Shown here piece by piece: positions 10,189-19,854 of a DNA stretch of 64,000 bases. The DNA comes from Halarcobacter sp. (lineage in GTDB: Bacteria > Campylobacterota > Campylobacteria > Campylobacterales > Arcobacteraceae). The notes under the pieces were generated by a model. It was not told the DNA's origin and made no database searches. It saw only the letters and a list, made by a program, of their open reading frames with translations. Every line of letters begins with the position of its first letter. Position 1 is the stretch's first letter. The stretch is from assembly GCA_963676565.1 (NCBI GenBank), contig OY781089.1, positions 1,472,001-1,536,000 of the forward strand. Reading direction: 5' to 3'. Position numbers and translations under genes: made by a program.

Positions 10189-11592
10189 ATGGGAAATATT
10201 AAATTTCTTTTTTTAGTGTTAGTATCTTTAATTTTTATTTCTTGTACAAAACAAGTACCAAGTGATAACTTAACAAAAAAAATAGACCAAGAAAAACAAA
10301 AAAACAATCAAACAGTAGAAAAAAAACTAATAAAAATCAATGAATATAAATTATCAAAAAATGAGTTAGAACTTTTAGATATTTTAAAAGATGACAAATA
10401 CGCTTCTTTATGTGCACAACAAGATAATTATATCTCAATTTTAAAAATGGAAAACTCAAAAGAAAAATCTAAAGCTTTGGAAAACTTATTTTTAGAATAT
10501 GTTAATAATTTAGAAAATTCATGTATTGATCAAATCTCATTTAATAGTGTTTTAAAATCACAAAAATTTAAAAAAAGAAAACAACACTATGAAATATATA
10601 ATAAGAAAATAAATAAAGAAGAGGTTTTAAAAAAGTTTAATGATAATTCAATTTCTGTAGAAAAAATTTTATCAGATTATGCTCCTAAACAACCAGTTTT
10701 TTTTCAATTGGTAGAAAAACTTGATATTGATAAATTAAGTGCTAAAAACTACAACAAACTAAGATTAAACATAGAAAGATTAAAGCTTTTAAAAGATTAT
10801 GACGATGAATATTTTATTAAGCTTAATATCCCTTCACACAACTTTACACTTTTTGAAAATGGTGAAGTCGAAAGAACTTTTGGAACTGTTGTTGGGGATA
10901 AGGATAATCAAACTCCAATTTTATCAAGTGAACTTTCGTACTTTATTATAAACCCTCAATGGAATATTCCAGATTCAATTGCAAAAAATACAATTATCCC
11001 AAGAGCATTAAAAGATAAAAACTATTTAAGAAAGAAAAATATAGTTATTAGAAAAAAAATCTATGATATAGATGCTCCTAAAGTTAGTTTCAATAGTGTT
11101 AAGTGGAAAAAATATTTAAAGAAAGATGTAAAATATATACCTTATAAGTTTATTCAACTTCCTTCACCAACTAATGGGATGGGAAAGGTTAAATATATGT
11201 TTCAAAACGATTATGCAGTTTATATGCACGATACAATTGGAACTTGGAGATTCAAAGATAATAGAGAAAAAATTAGATTTTCAAGTCATGGATGCGTAAG
11301 GTTAGAGCATCCAATTTCATTAATGAAACATCTAACAACTTATTACACACCTGAAAGTTATAAAAAAATTAGAAAAACATATCTAAAAGGGAAAATGGAT
11401 ACTGTAAATCTTAGTAAAAAAATGCCTTTACATATCACATACTTAACTGCAAATATTGATGAAAAAGGGAAATTGAAATTTTATAACGATGTTTATGAAT
11501 ATGACAAAATTCAAAAACTAAATTTTATTCCCCATAAGAATGCAGTTGAGTTAGCAAGTTTACAAAAAGAGGAAAACTTTACAAGTTTTTAA
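10189..11592 (+). CDS. L,D-transpeptidase family lipoprotein (YcbB/LdtD-like)
   Basis: Lipobox IFISC; NPQWNIP; YMHDT and SHGCVR catalytic motifs. Confidence 0.9.
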   Translation: MGNIKFLFLVLVSLIFISCTKQVPSDNLTKKIDQEKQKNNQTVEKKLIKINEYKLSKNELELLDILKDDKYASLCAQQDNYISILKMENSKEKSKALENLFLEYVNNLENSCIDQISFNSVLKSQKFKKRKQHYEIYNKKINKEEVLKKFNDNSISVEKILSDYAPKQPVFFQLVEKLDIDKLSAKNYNKLRLNIERLKLLKDYDDEYFIKLNIPSHNFTLFENGEVERTFGTVVGDKDNQTPILSSELSYFIINPQWNIPDSIAKNTIIPRALKDKNYLRKKNIVIRKKIYDIDAPKVSFNSVKWKKYLKKDVKYIPYKFIQLPSPTNGMGKVKYMFQNDYAVYMHDTIGTWRFKDNREKIRFSSHGCVRLEHPISLMKHLTTYYTPESYKKIRKTYLKGKMDTVNLSKKMPLHITYLTANIDEKGKLKFYNDVYEYDKIQKLNFIPHKNAVELASLQKEENFTSF

Positions 11593-11669
11593 AAACTTAA
11601 AATATATTTAACTTAAATTTAACTGCTAAGTCTTAATGACAAAGATTATCGTTTAGTATATAATACCCC

Positions 11670-12284
11670 ATGAAAAAAATTATTTTAATTTTATTTACAA
11701 TATTTATTTATAGTGCAAATGCAAAAGAATCAACAATTCTTTTTTTAGGTGATTCATTAACTGAAGGACTTGGAGTTAGTAAAAAAGAAGCATATCCATC
11801 AATTGTTGAAGATATGATTCAAATTAAGCTTAAAAAAGATGTTGAAATCATAAATGGTGGAGTTAGTGGCTCAACTACTAGTGATGCACTTTCACGTTTA
11901 AAATGGTACTTAAGAAAAAAACCTGATGTGGTATTTATTGCCCTTGGTGCAAATGATGGACTTAGGGGATTAGATTTAAATCAAAGTCAAAAAAACCTTC
12001 AACAGATTATTGAAACTGCACAAAATGCAGGCTCAAAAGTATTACTTGCAGGGATGTTGATTCCCCCAAATTATGGGGAAGAATATTCAGAACAATTCAA
12101 AAATATGTTTAAAACTGTTCAAGAAAAGTATAAACTAAAATTTATGCCTTTTTTACTTTTAGATGTTGCTGGAGTTCAAGAACTTAACCAAAGTGATGGA
12201 ATTCATCCAAATACAAAAGGGCATAAAATTATTGCAAAAAATGTATTTGAATTTTTAAAAAAAGAGATTTGGGGAGAACTATGA
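11670..12284 (+). CDS. tesA: GDSL/SGNH arylesterase (TesA-like)
   Basis: Signal peptide; GDSLT, GVSG, GAND and DGIHP blocks. Confidence 0.88.
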   Translation: MKKIILILFTIFIYSANAKESTILFLGDSLTEGLGVSKKEAYPSIVEDMIQIKLKKDVEIINGGVSGSTTSDALSRLKWYLRKKPDVVFIALGANDGLRGLDLNQSQKNLQQIIETAQNAGSKVLLAGMLIPPNYGEEYSEQFKNMFKTVQEKYKLKFMPFLLLDVAGVQELNQSDGIHPNTKGHKIIAKNVFEFLKKEIWGEL

Positions 12285-12946
12285 TGTTACAACTAAAATC
12301 ATTAAAGAAAACATACCAACAAGGTGATGAGAAAATAGAGATCTATAATGATTTGAATTTTTCTTTAAAAGAAGGTGAACAAGTTGCCATCATGGGAAAA
12401 TCAGGATCAGGGAAATCAACTTTTCTATCGCTGGTTTCTGGAATTATAAAAGCAGATAGTGGAGATATAGTTTTAAATAAAACTTCTTATAATGATTTAC
12501 AAGAGGGGGAACTAAATGACTTTAGAGCCTCAAATATTGGATTCATCTTTCAAAATTTTCATTTGGTTTCATATTTAAATGCTTTAGAAAATGTAATGCT
12601 TCCTGCAAAGGTATGTGGTATCTCAAAGCCAAAGGAAAAAGCAATTGAATTATTAAAAGCAGTTGGTTTAGAACATAGATTAAATCATGTACCTTCTCAA
12701 TTAAGTGGAGGAGAAAAACAACGTGTCGCAATTGCAAGAGCATTAATCCATAATCCAAAAATTATACTTGCTGATGAACCAAGTGGTAACTTAGATGAAG
12801 AAACAGGCATTGCCGTTATGGATAAGCTTTTTGAACTAATTAAACAAAATAACACTACATTGATTTTAGTAACTCATTCAAAGGATGTTGCAGCAAGATG
12901 TGAAAAAACTTATCAGTTAGCCCATGGAGTTTTACGTTTATGCTAA
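12269..12946 (+). CDS. ABC transporter ATP-binding protein (YbbA/LolD-like)
   Basis: GKSGSGKS, LSGGEKQ, LADEP; start is probably ATG 12281 or 12284. Confidence 0.9.
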   Translation: MGRTMMLQLKSLKKTYQQGDEKIEIYNDLNFSLKEGEQVAIMGKSGSGKSTFLSLVSGIIKADSGDIVLNKTSYNDLQEGELNDFRASNIGFIFQNFHLVSYLNALENVMLPAKVCGISKPKEKAIELLKAVGLEHRLNHVPSQLSGGEKQRVAIARALIHNPKIILADEPSGNLDEETGIAVMDKLFELIKQNNTTLILVTHSKDVAARCEKTYQLAHGVLRLC

Positions 12947-15417
12947 TTTTAGAACTTGTATCAAAAGCTTTAAAAAGATCAAAGTCCTTTTCTATTATTT
13001 TTATCTTGAACTTTTGTTTGGCTATTGCTTCTTTATCATATTTACAATTTTTTAAACAAAGTGTTGATAGTTCATTAGATAGTAAGGCAAAAAGTTTATT
13101 GGGTGCTGATTTAACGGTTAATTCAAGATTTGCAATTACAGATAAACAAATTGAAGATATAAAAACTAAACTTCCAGAGATAAAAAACTTTTCAAAAGGA
13201 ATATCAACTGTTAGTATGGTAAGTTCTGGTAAAAGAGCTAGACTTATGGAGCTTGTAAAGATAAATGAATCTTTTCCATATTATGGTGGTCTAGAGTTTG
13301 AAGATAAAACTACTTATCCAAAAGGAAACCTCATACCTAAATCAAATGAAGTATGGGTTTATAAAGAGGTTTTAGAACTACTTGGCTTAAAAAAAGGTGA
13401 TAGTTTAAAAATAGGGAAAGAGAATTTTCTAATTAAAAAAGTGATTTTAGAAGATAGTTTAAAAACTGTTAGTTTTAGTGGTTTCATGCCAAAAATTTAC
13501 ATGAGTAAAGAGGCTTTACATGCAACAGGTCTTTTACAGTTTGGCTCAACAGCAAGATATAAACTAAATTATCAATTTAAAGAAAATTTTTCAAATGATA
13601 AATTAGAAGAGATAGAAAACAATTTAGAAAAAACTATTGATAAAAACTTACGAGCCCTTTCTCCTAATGATGGTAGAGATAGACTTCTTAGAGTTTTAAA
13701 CTTTATTACAAACTTTTTATCTCTTGTTTCTTTAGTATCATTTTTCCTAGGATTAGTTGGACTTATCTATTTATACTCTGGTTTTTTAAAAAAACACCAA
13801 GAGGATATAAATATATTAAATGATTTGGGATTAAAAAAATCAACAATCTCCTTAACCTATCTTAGTCATTTATTTATCCTGATTTTAATTTCCAGTGTTA
13901 TTGTTTTTTCTTTAATACTTTTAAGTGCAAACTTTTTAGCTCCAATAGTACAAAAACTAATTGGTTTTGAATTTGATTTTACTTTTGACTTTTCATTCTT
14001 TTTAAAATCTGCACTTTTACTTGTATTAGTAAGCTTAAGTGTTGGAATACCATTAATTACTCCGCTTTTAAATAGAAAAAGAATAAGCTTTTTGAAAATG
14101 ATTCTTTGGTTTATCCCTTTTATTACTTTATTATTAGTGATATCTCATTTTGTAACACCAAGTAAAAATATAGGTTTATTTTTTGCATCAGCAGTATTAA
14201 TTTTGATTTTCCTATTTTTTGTAATTGGCTCTTTTATCTTAAGAAAATTTGACTTTTCTGGTCATTTAGAAAATCTTTCTTTAAGTCTTGCTATGAAAAA
14301 TATTACAAGGGAAAATAAAACCTCTTTGACCTTATTTACTGCAATTTTATTGTGTACTATATTCTTTTCTTTAATCCCTCAAGTTGGTTCTTCCCTTTCA
14401 TCTGCTTTAACACAAAGTGCAAACGAAAGACCAAGATTTTTTGTGATAGATGCAAAAGAGGAACAATTAAAAGATATTCAAAAAAGCTTAGATAGTTTTG
14501 GTGCAAAATTAGAAAATACTGCACCAATGATAAGAGGAAGAGTTCTTAGAATCAATGATAAAAATATAGATGAAAACTCACAAAAATCAAATGAAGCAAA
14601 TAGAGCTGCTGTTAATCTTTCTTATCGAAAACAATTAAAGGAAAGTGAAACAATCATTGAGGGAAGGGCATTTAGTGGAGTATATGATTCAAGTGATTTT
14701 TCTAAACCAATTGAGTTAAGTGTTGAACAAAGATATGCTTCAAGAAGTGGAATAAAACTTGGGGATACAATTGTATTTGATGTTTTAGGATTAGAACTTC
14801 AAGCAAAGGTTGTAAATATAAGGTCTGTTAATTGGATTGAATTTACACCAAATTTCTTTTTTATCATGCAAGATGGAGCTATAAATGATGCTCCTAAAAC
14901 TGTTTTAGCAACAATCTCACAAGGTGATTATGATGCTTCTAAACTTTTATTAAAACTTACAGATACTTTCCCATCTTTAACAATTTTAGATGTAAAAAGT
15001 TTATTTGAGACCTTTGCTGGTTTAGTTAAAAATGTTACTAAAATAACTGATAATATGAGCTTTTATTCTATAATTATTGGACTTCTTATGAGTTTTATTA
15101 TTATTCAGTATCAAATGAATTTACAAAAAAACAATATACTAAGACTTAAGATGATTGGAGTTAAAAACAAGGTCATAAGAAATTCATTTTTGATTGAATA
15201 TGGACTTATCTCTTTTGCAGCAAGTTCATTAGGAATTATATTAGGAAGTGTTGCTTCATATTTTATAAGTGATATTTTATTTGAATCTTATTGGGATTTT
15301 AGAGCAGATGTTTTAATTTTATATTTTCTTTTAATACCGATTTTAACTATGTTAATAGTTGGCTTATTTACTTCAAGAATAATAGGTCAAAAGGAAAATG
15401 TTTTATTTGGGGAATAA
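12940..15417 (+). CDS. type VII ABC permease (YbbP/FtsX-like)
   Basis: LLGADL, duplicated TM blocks, W..FTPNFF; follows the TesA and ATPase genes. Confidence 0.85.
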   Translation: MLILELVSKALKRSKSFSIIFILNFCLAIASLSYLQFFKQSVDSSLDSKAKSLLGADLTVNSRFAITDKQIEDIKTKLPEIKNFSKGISTVSMVSSGKRARLMELVKINESFPYYGGLEFEDKTTYPKGNLIPKSNEVWVYKEVLELLGLKKGDSLKIGKENFLIKKVILEDSLKTVSFSGFMPKIYMSKEALHATGLLQFGSTARYKLNYQFKENFSNDKLEEIENNLEKTIDKNLRALSPNDGRDRLLRVLNFITNFLSLVSLVSFFLGLVGLIYLYSGFLKKHQEDINILNDLGLKKSTISLTYLSHLFILILISSVIVFSLILLSANFLAPIVQKLIGFEFDFTFDFSFFLKSALLLVLVSLSVGIPLITPLLNRKRISFLKMILWFIPFITLLLVISHFVTPSKNIGLFFASAVLILIFLFFVIGSFILRKFDFSGHLENLSLSLAMKNITRENKTSLTLFTAILLCTIFFSLIPQVGSSLSSALTQSANERPRFFVIDAKEEQLKDIQKSLDSFGAKLENTAPMIRGRVLRINDKNIDENSQKSNEANRAAVNLSYRKQLKESETIIEGRAFSGVYDSSDFSKPIELSVEQRYASRSGIKLGDTIVFDVLGLELQAKVVNIRSVNWIEFTPNFFFIMQDGAINDAPKTVLATISQGDYDASKLLLKLTDTFPSLTILDVKSLFETFAGLVKNVTKITDNMSFYSIIIGLLMSFIIIQYQMNLQKNNILRLKMIGVKNKVIRNSFLIEYGLISFAASSLGIILGSVASYFISDILFESYWDFRADVLILYFLLIPILTMLIVGLFTSRIIGQKENVLFGE

Positions 15418-15444
15418 TTAGATAAATAAAAGGAAAAAATCCTT

Positions 15445-17514
15445 TTATTTATTCTCTTCTAAAAGATGTTCGTATCTTTTATCTGTTAGTAGTTTCATAA
15501 AGGCAACTAAAGCATCTATTTTTCTATCATTTTGTTTTTTTGCTTTTAATTCATCCAATGAAATAGTCTCTTTTACTTCAGGTTCATCCCAAGGTTTTTT
15601 AGTTTCTGGGTTGATAGTTCTATCAGAATTATTGTATTTGTCATAAAACTCAACAACAGTTCTTAAGTCTTTGAAAATACCATTATGCATATAAGGAGCT
15701 GTAACAGCAACGTTTCTAAGAGTTGGAACTTTGTGCTTACCTTTATGGATTTCCTTGCTTACTTTTGGATTTGCTAATAATCCCATATCAATATCTTTTA
15801 CACCATTTTTTGATCTTAATTCATGATTTATTGGTGTTCCAATATTATGGTACTCATGGTTTGTAAAAGTCTCACCCATTGCATCTTCTTTTTTTGATAA
15901 GTGGCAAGTTGCACAAGAGTTATTTGCTTGTGAGAAGAATAAAGACCTTCCTAAATCCTCTAAAGGTGTTAAATCGTATTCTCCTTTTAAATATCTATCA
16001 TATTTAGAATCAAAGGGTGAAAATTGTTCTGTCATCTCAAATTTTTCAATTGAGTCAGTCATTGCAAAATATGCTTTGTTAATGTTTTTAAAGATATCTT
16101 CACCATAAATATCTTTAAAAGCTTGAATATAATAAGGGTTTTCTTTTAATCTTTTAATAACTTCTTTTTTTGAACTCATCCCCATCTCAATTGGGTTTAG
16201 TGGTGGACCACCAGCTTGTCCTGCTAAGCTTGCTTCCCTTCCATCCCAAAACTGACCACCAATATATTTTTTCTTCTCTTTGTCATAATGAAATTCAGGG
16301 CTAAACATTGCATACATAGCAGTTGGAGCTTGTCTATCTCCCAATGATTTTCCATCATCACCTAATGATGCCATTTTAGAGATACCGTTATCTCTATTAT
16401 CCGTAAAAGCAGTTTCAGGGTTATGACATGTTGAACAACTTTGTGTTCTGTTTTTAGATAGGTTTTTATCAAAAAATAAAGCTTGTCCTAAAGCCTCTTT
16501 TTGTTTAGTTTGTTTTACCAAGTCTTCTTTAGATAATTCTTGGTTTGTACATCCTACAAATAAAATTAATGCTGTTGCGACAGTTGTAGCTGTTTTTAAA
16601 TATTTCAAAATAAATTTCTCCTTCTTTAAAATATTTGAAAATGGAGTGATTATTAGTTTAGTTAAACTATTATAATCTTCCATTTGTTCTTTCCTAAGAC
16701 CAAATTTTAAAACCTTCACATTTTTAGAAAGTTCTAAAGTTCCAAAAATATAATCCCAAAGAGCTAGATACCCACCAAAGTTTTTATTAAAATGTTTCTT
16801 ACTATGGTGTATTTGATGCTGTTTTGGAGATATAAATATTTTTTCTAAAAAACTAAAGTATGCTAGTGGAATATGAGAATGCCTTAAATTAGATCCAATG
16901 ATTGAAAAAACAAAGATAAAAGCATTTGCTCCTAAAATCTCAACTAATCCAATTTTTGAACCAAAAAAGTATATAAATATTCCAGTTACAAAACCAATGG
17001 CAAAAGAGTATCTTAATCCAAAAAGAATATTTTCAATTGGATGAACCCTATAAAATGTTAATGGGTTTAAAACTTTTGCACTATGGTGTACCTTATGAAA
17101 CTCCCAAAGAAATGGGATTGTATGTAAGAATCTATGTAACCAATATCTTGTAAAATCACTTACAATGAATAAAGATATAGTATATAAAATCAATATATTC
17201 TCATATGAAATTGTTTGAATTTGATTAAAACCAAATTGGTAATAGATGTTTTTACTAACAAAAAATGCAATTGTTTTTGCACTAATTATAATTGGAATAA
17301 TCATAACTGTTTTTATAAAATATGAAAGGATAAAGTAGTAATAGTCTAACATGGCACTTTCATGAAGCCAAAGTTTTGAACTAAAATTTACCCTTGAGGC
17401 TTTTTTATTAAAATAAATATATATAAAAGCTATAAATATTGATGATAAAATATAAACCCAGTATGTTCTTTTTGATGGGTTAATTATATATTCCAAAAAC
17501 AGTAGATCTTCCAA
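15445..17514 (-). CDS. sterol desaturase/fatty-acid hydroxylase domain fused in frame to a di-heme cytochrome c peroxidase (CCP/MauG family)
   Basis: His boxes HRFLH, HKVHH, HQIHH; then CSTCH, QFWDGR, CATCH, PTLRNVAVTAPYMHNG; internal TTG at 16608 with SD. Confidence 0.85.
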   Translation of the reverse strand: MEDLLFLEYIINPSKRTYWVYILSSIFIAFIYIYFNKKASRVNFSSKLWLHESAMLDYYYFILSYFIKTVMIIPIIISAKTIAFFVSKNIYYQFGFNQIQTISYENILILYTISLFIVSDFTRYWLHRFLHTIPFLWEFHKVHHSAKVLNPLTFYRVHPIENILFGLRYSFAIGFVTGIFIYFFGSKIGLVEILGANAFIFVFSIIGSNLRHSHIPLAYFSFLEKIFISPKQHQIHHSKKHFNKNFGGYLALWDYIFGTLELSKNVKVLKFGLRKEQMEDYNSLTKLIITPFSNILKKEKFILKYLKTATTVATALILFVGCTNQELSKEDLVKQTKQKEALGQALFFDKNLSKNRTQSCSTCHNPETAFTDNRDNGISKMASLGDDGKSLGDRQAPTAMYAMFSPEFHYDKEKKKYIGGQFWDGREASLAGQAGGPPLNPIEMGMSSKKEVIKRLKENPYYIQAFKDIYGEDIFKNINKAYFAMTDSIEKFEMTEQFSPFDSKYDRYLKGEYDLTPLEDLGRSLFFSQANNSCATCHLSKKEDAMGETFTNHEYHNIGTPINHELRSKNGVKDIDMGLLANPKVSKEIHKGKHKVPTLRNVAVTAPYMHNGIFKDLRTVVEFYDKYNNSDRTINPETKKPWDEPEVKETISLDELKAKKQNDRKIDALVAFMKLLTDKRYEHLLEENK

Positions 17515-17519
17515 TTTAT

Positions 17520-18506
17520 TTAGTCTCCATCTGCATCTAAAATTTTTGCATTAATTGAAAGCTCTTCAATCATCTCAACAAATAAAATAACATGAATATT
17601 TGTAACTTCTTCATATATAATATTTGCATTAGAAAAATCATCATTTTTGATTTTTTTTACTTCACTAATAGAATTGTTTATTGCTTCTTTTAAAGTATTT
17701 AAAATCTCACCATCAGTAATTGTTAATAAATAATCACCATAATCATAGATTTTATCATTATCAAAAATTTTTTTGTATGTTTGCAAGATAGATAATATTG
17801 CATTTGCAGAATTTTTACTTATGAAATATTCTGCTCTACTATTATCTGCTTTATCTTTATATTTTTTTGTTTTACCCATAACATCAGCAACTCTCCATTC
17901 TTTTAGTTTATAAGAGTTTGCTACAACTCTATTGATAATAATAGAGTTTGCCTTTTCTATTTGTTTAAAAAGTTTTTCTTTATTTTCTTTATAGCCCTTT
18001 TGTATATCACTTAAGTGCATTATGATTCTATTGATTATTGCAATTGAGATTTCATTTACTCTTTTATTTGAGATATCTTTTTTATAAATAATATATTCAA
18101 GTGCATTTATAGATTTTAGTGAGTTTTTAAATAAAGCAATTCTAAGTTCATCACTACTTTTAATAGCACGGTCTAATTGTTTAGTTATATCTTCATTTCC
18201 ATTGTGAAAAATATCGATGTATCTAGGAGTATCAATATACTCTTCATCTAAATCACCTAAAATATAAAAACTTTCAACACTTTTCCAAGAGCTAACAAGT
18301 TTAGAAAACTCCTTTTTTATTTTTTGAGTATTTTTACTTTCTAGTTGTTCTTTTAGTTTTGTTGCATCGTTTATGGCTACTTCAATATCTTTTAAAATAA
18401 CTTTTTCATACAAAGTTTCAATAGCTTCAATGTTTTTTTTATCTGTGTTAGCAATTAAACTAATTGTAAAAACAGTAAGTAAAACAATACTTTTTAATAA
18501 TTTCAT
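17520..18506 (-). CDS. imelysin-like secreted protein
   Basis: Signal peptide, helical composition, KSINALEY at the motif position, C-terminal DADGD; operon context. Confidence 0.7.
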   Translation of the reverse strand: MKLLKSIVLLTVFTISLIANTDKKNIEAIETLYEKVILKDIEVAINDATKLKEQLESKNTQKIKKEFSKLVSSWKSVESFYILGDLDEEYIDTPRYIDIFHNGNEDITKQLDRAIKSSDELRIALFKNSLKSINALEYIIYKKDISNKRVNEISIAIINRIIMHLSDIQKGYKENKEKLFKQIEKANSIIINRVVANSYKLKEWRVADVMGKTKKYKDKADNSRAEYFISKNSANAILSILQTYKKIFDNDKIYDYGDYLLTITDGEILNTLKEAINNSISEVKKIKNDDFSNANIIYEEVTNIHVILFVEMIEELSINAKILDADGD

Positions 18507-18507
18507 T

Positions 18508-19854
18508 TTATACCTCTTTTAAGAATTCTATTAATTCTTTTCTATCTTCTTTTTTTAAATTCATATATGTTTCTTTGGCCTTTTTTGCTTCACCGCCATG
18601 CCACAAAATAGCTTCTTGAAAAGTTCTAGCTCTACCATCGTGAAGAAGTCGTGGTTTTTTATTATTTATTTTTTCATGAAGTGATAATCCCCATAAAGGA
18701 GCAGTTCTCCATTCACTACCACTAGCTTTACCTTCAATTTTTCCATCAGCTAAACCCTCTCCCATATCATGTAATAAAAGATCGGTAAAAGGGGAAAACT
18801 TTATTCCAGTATTTGTTTCAAAACTATCCATATGACAATTGACACAACCAATTTTTTTGAAAATTTCATAACCTTTATTATTCTTAGTTAATTTTTGACT
18901 GTAGGTTTTTCTTTTTTCTAAATAAAATTGAATAGCTTCAAGCCTTTGATCTGTTAAATCAAATGCATCTCTTGGCTTTGGTGCTTTGTTACACTCTTCT
19001 TGAAATTTTGTACAGTTTTCATTTTGATAATAGCTTGTTGTTAAACCCATATCATTATTAGCTGCATCTGCTATTTGGTGTTTCAAGCTTGTAATATTTG
19101 CTTTCCAAGAGAATTTTCCAAGTTCATGTTGTTTTGTAATAGGTGAGTAAATAAAATTTGCACGACCTGAAATCCCATCACCATCTTTATCATTTGGGTC
19201 TTCATTTTTTAATATATCTTCATCACTAATTTGAGAAATAAGTCCAAGTCCATTTAAACTTGGAGCTAATCTAAAACTTAAAACTGTTTTTTCATCTAAA
19301 GGTCCATATTGTAAATCCTTCAAACCATAAATTGGTTTTAAAAGTGTATCAATCTCACCATCAGGAAAAGCAACTTTAATCTCTTCAAATTTTATATCAG
19401 TTTTTGCTTCATATTTAACACCATGGATCCCATTTATAGCTATTTGTGAACCATAAATAGGATCATAAGAAGGTTTTGGAATTAAACTTCTAGCAAAACT
19501 TCCATTTTTATTATAAAGGGTACCTCTTCCATTACTAGGATGACAAGAAGCACAGGTATTTGCATTATAAAGTGGTCCTAAACCATCTCTTGCTGTTGTG
19601 GCACTTGGAGCTTCAACCCACGGGATTCTAAAAAAACTTTTACCTAAGATAAATTTATCATATTGCTCATCATTTAATCCATCAATTGGTTTTAAAAGTA
19701 TAGATTTACTTTTATTTGATGTTATATCATAAGCACTACAATTAACCGCAAAAAGCCCTATAGCAAAAATTGCTACAAGGCTCTTTGTAAAAGTATTTTT
19801 AAAAGAGAAAATATTATAGTTTAGTTTCTTCAGGATCTGTAACATCATCTTCAC
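18508..19854 (-). CDS. di-heme oxidoreductase family protein (DHOR/DUF1111)
   Basis: DGLGPLYNANTCASCH, DGISGR, CVNCH, DLLLHDMG, WRTAPLWG, LHDGRA; exact start uncertain. Confidence 0.88.
   Translation of the reverse strand: MKMMLQILKKLNYNIFSFKNTFTKSLVAIFAIGLFAVNCSAYDITSNKSKSILLKPIDGLNDEQYDKFILGKSFFRIPWVEAPSATTARDGLGPLYNANTCASCHPSNGRGTLYNKNGSFARSLIPKPSYDPIYGSQIAINGIHGVKYEAKTDIKFEEIKVAFPDGEIDTLLKPIYGLKDLQYGPLDEKTVLSFRLAPSLNGLGLISQISDEDILKNEDPNDKDGDGISGRANFIYSPITKQHELGKFSWKANITSLKHQIADAANNDMGLTTSYYQNENCTKFQEECNKAPKPRDAFDLTDQRLEAIQFYLEKRKTYSQKLTKNNKGYEIFKKIGCVNCHMDSFETNTGIKFSPFTDLLLHDMGEGLADGKIEGKASGSEWRTAPLWGLSLHEKINNKKPRLLHDGRARTFQEAILWHGGEAKKAKETYMNLKKEDRKELIEFLKEV

Noticed and set aside
10116..10307. 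63-aa minus-strand ORF
   Set aside because: Overlaps the L,D-transpeptidase start on the opposite strand and has no SD. The SD-supported sORF is in a different frame.
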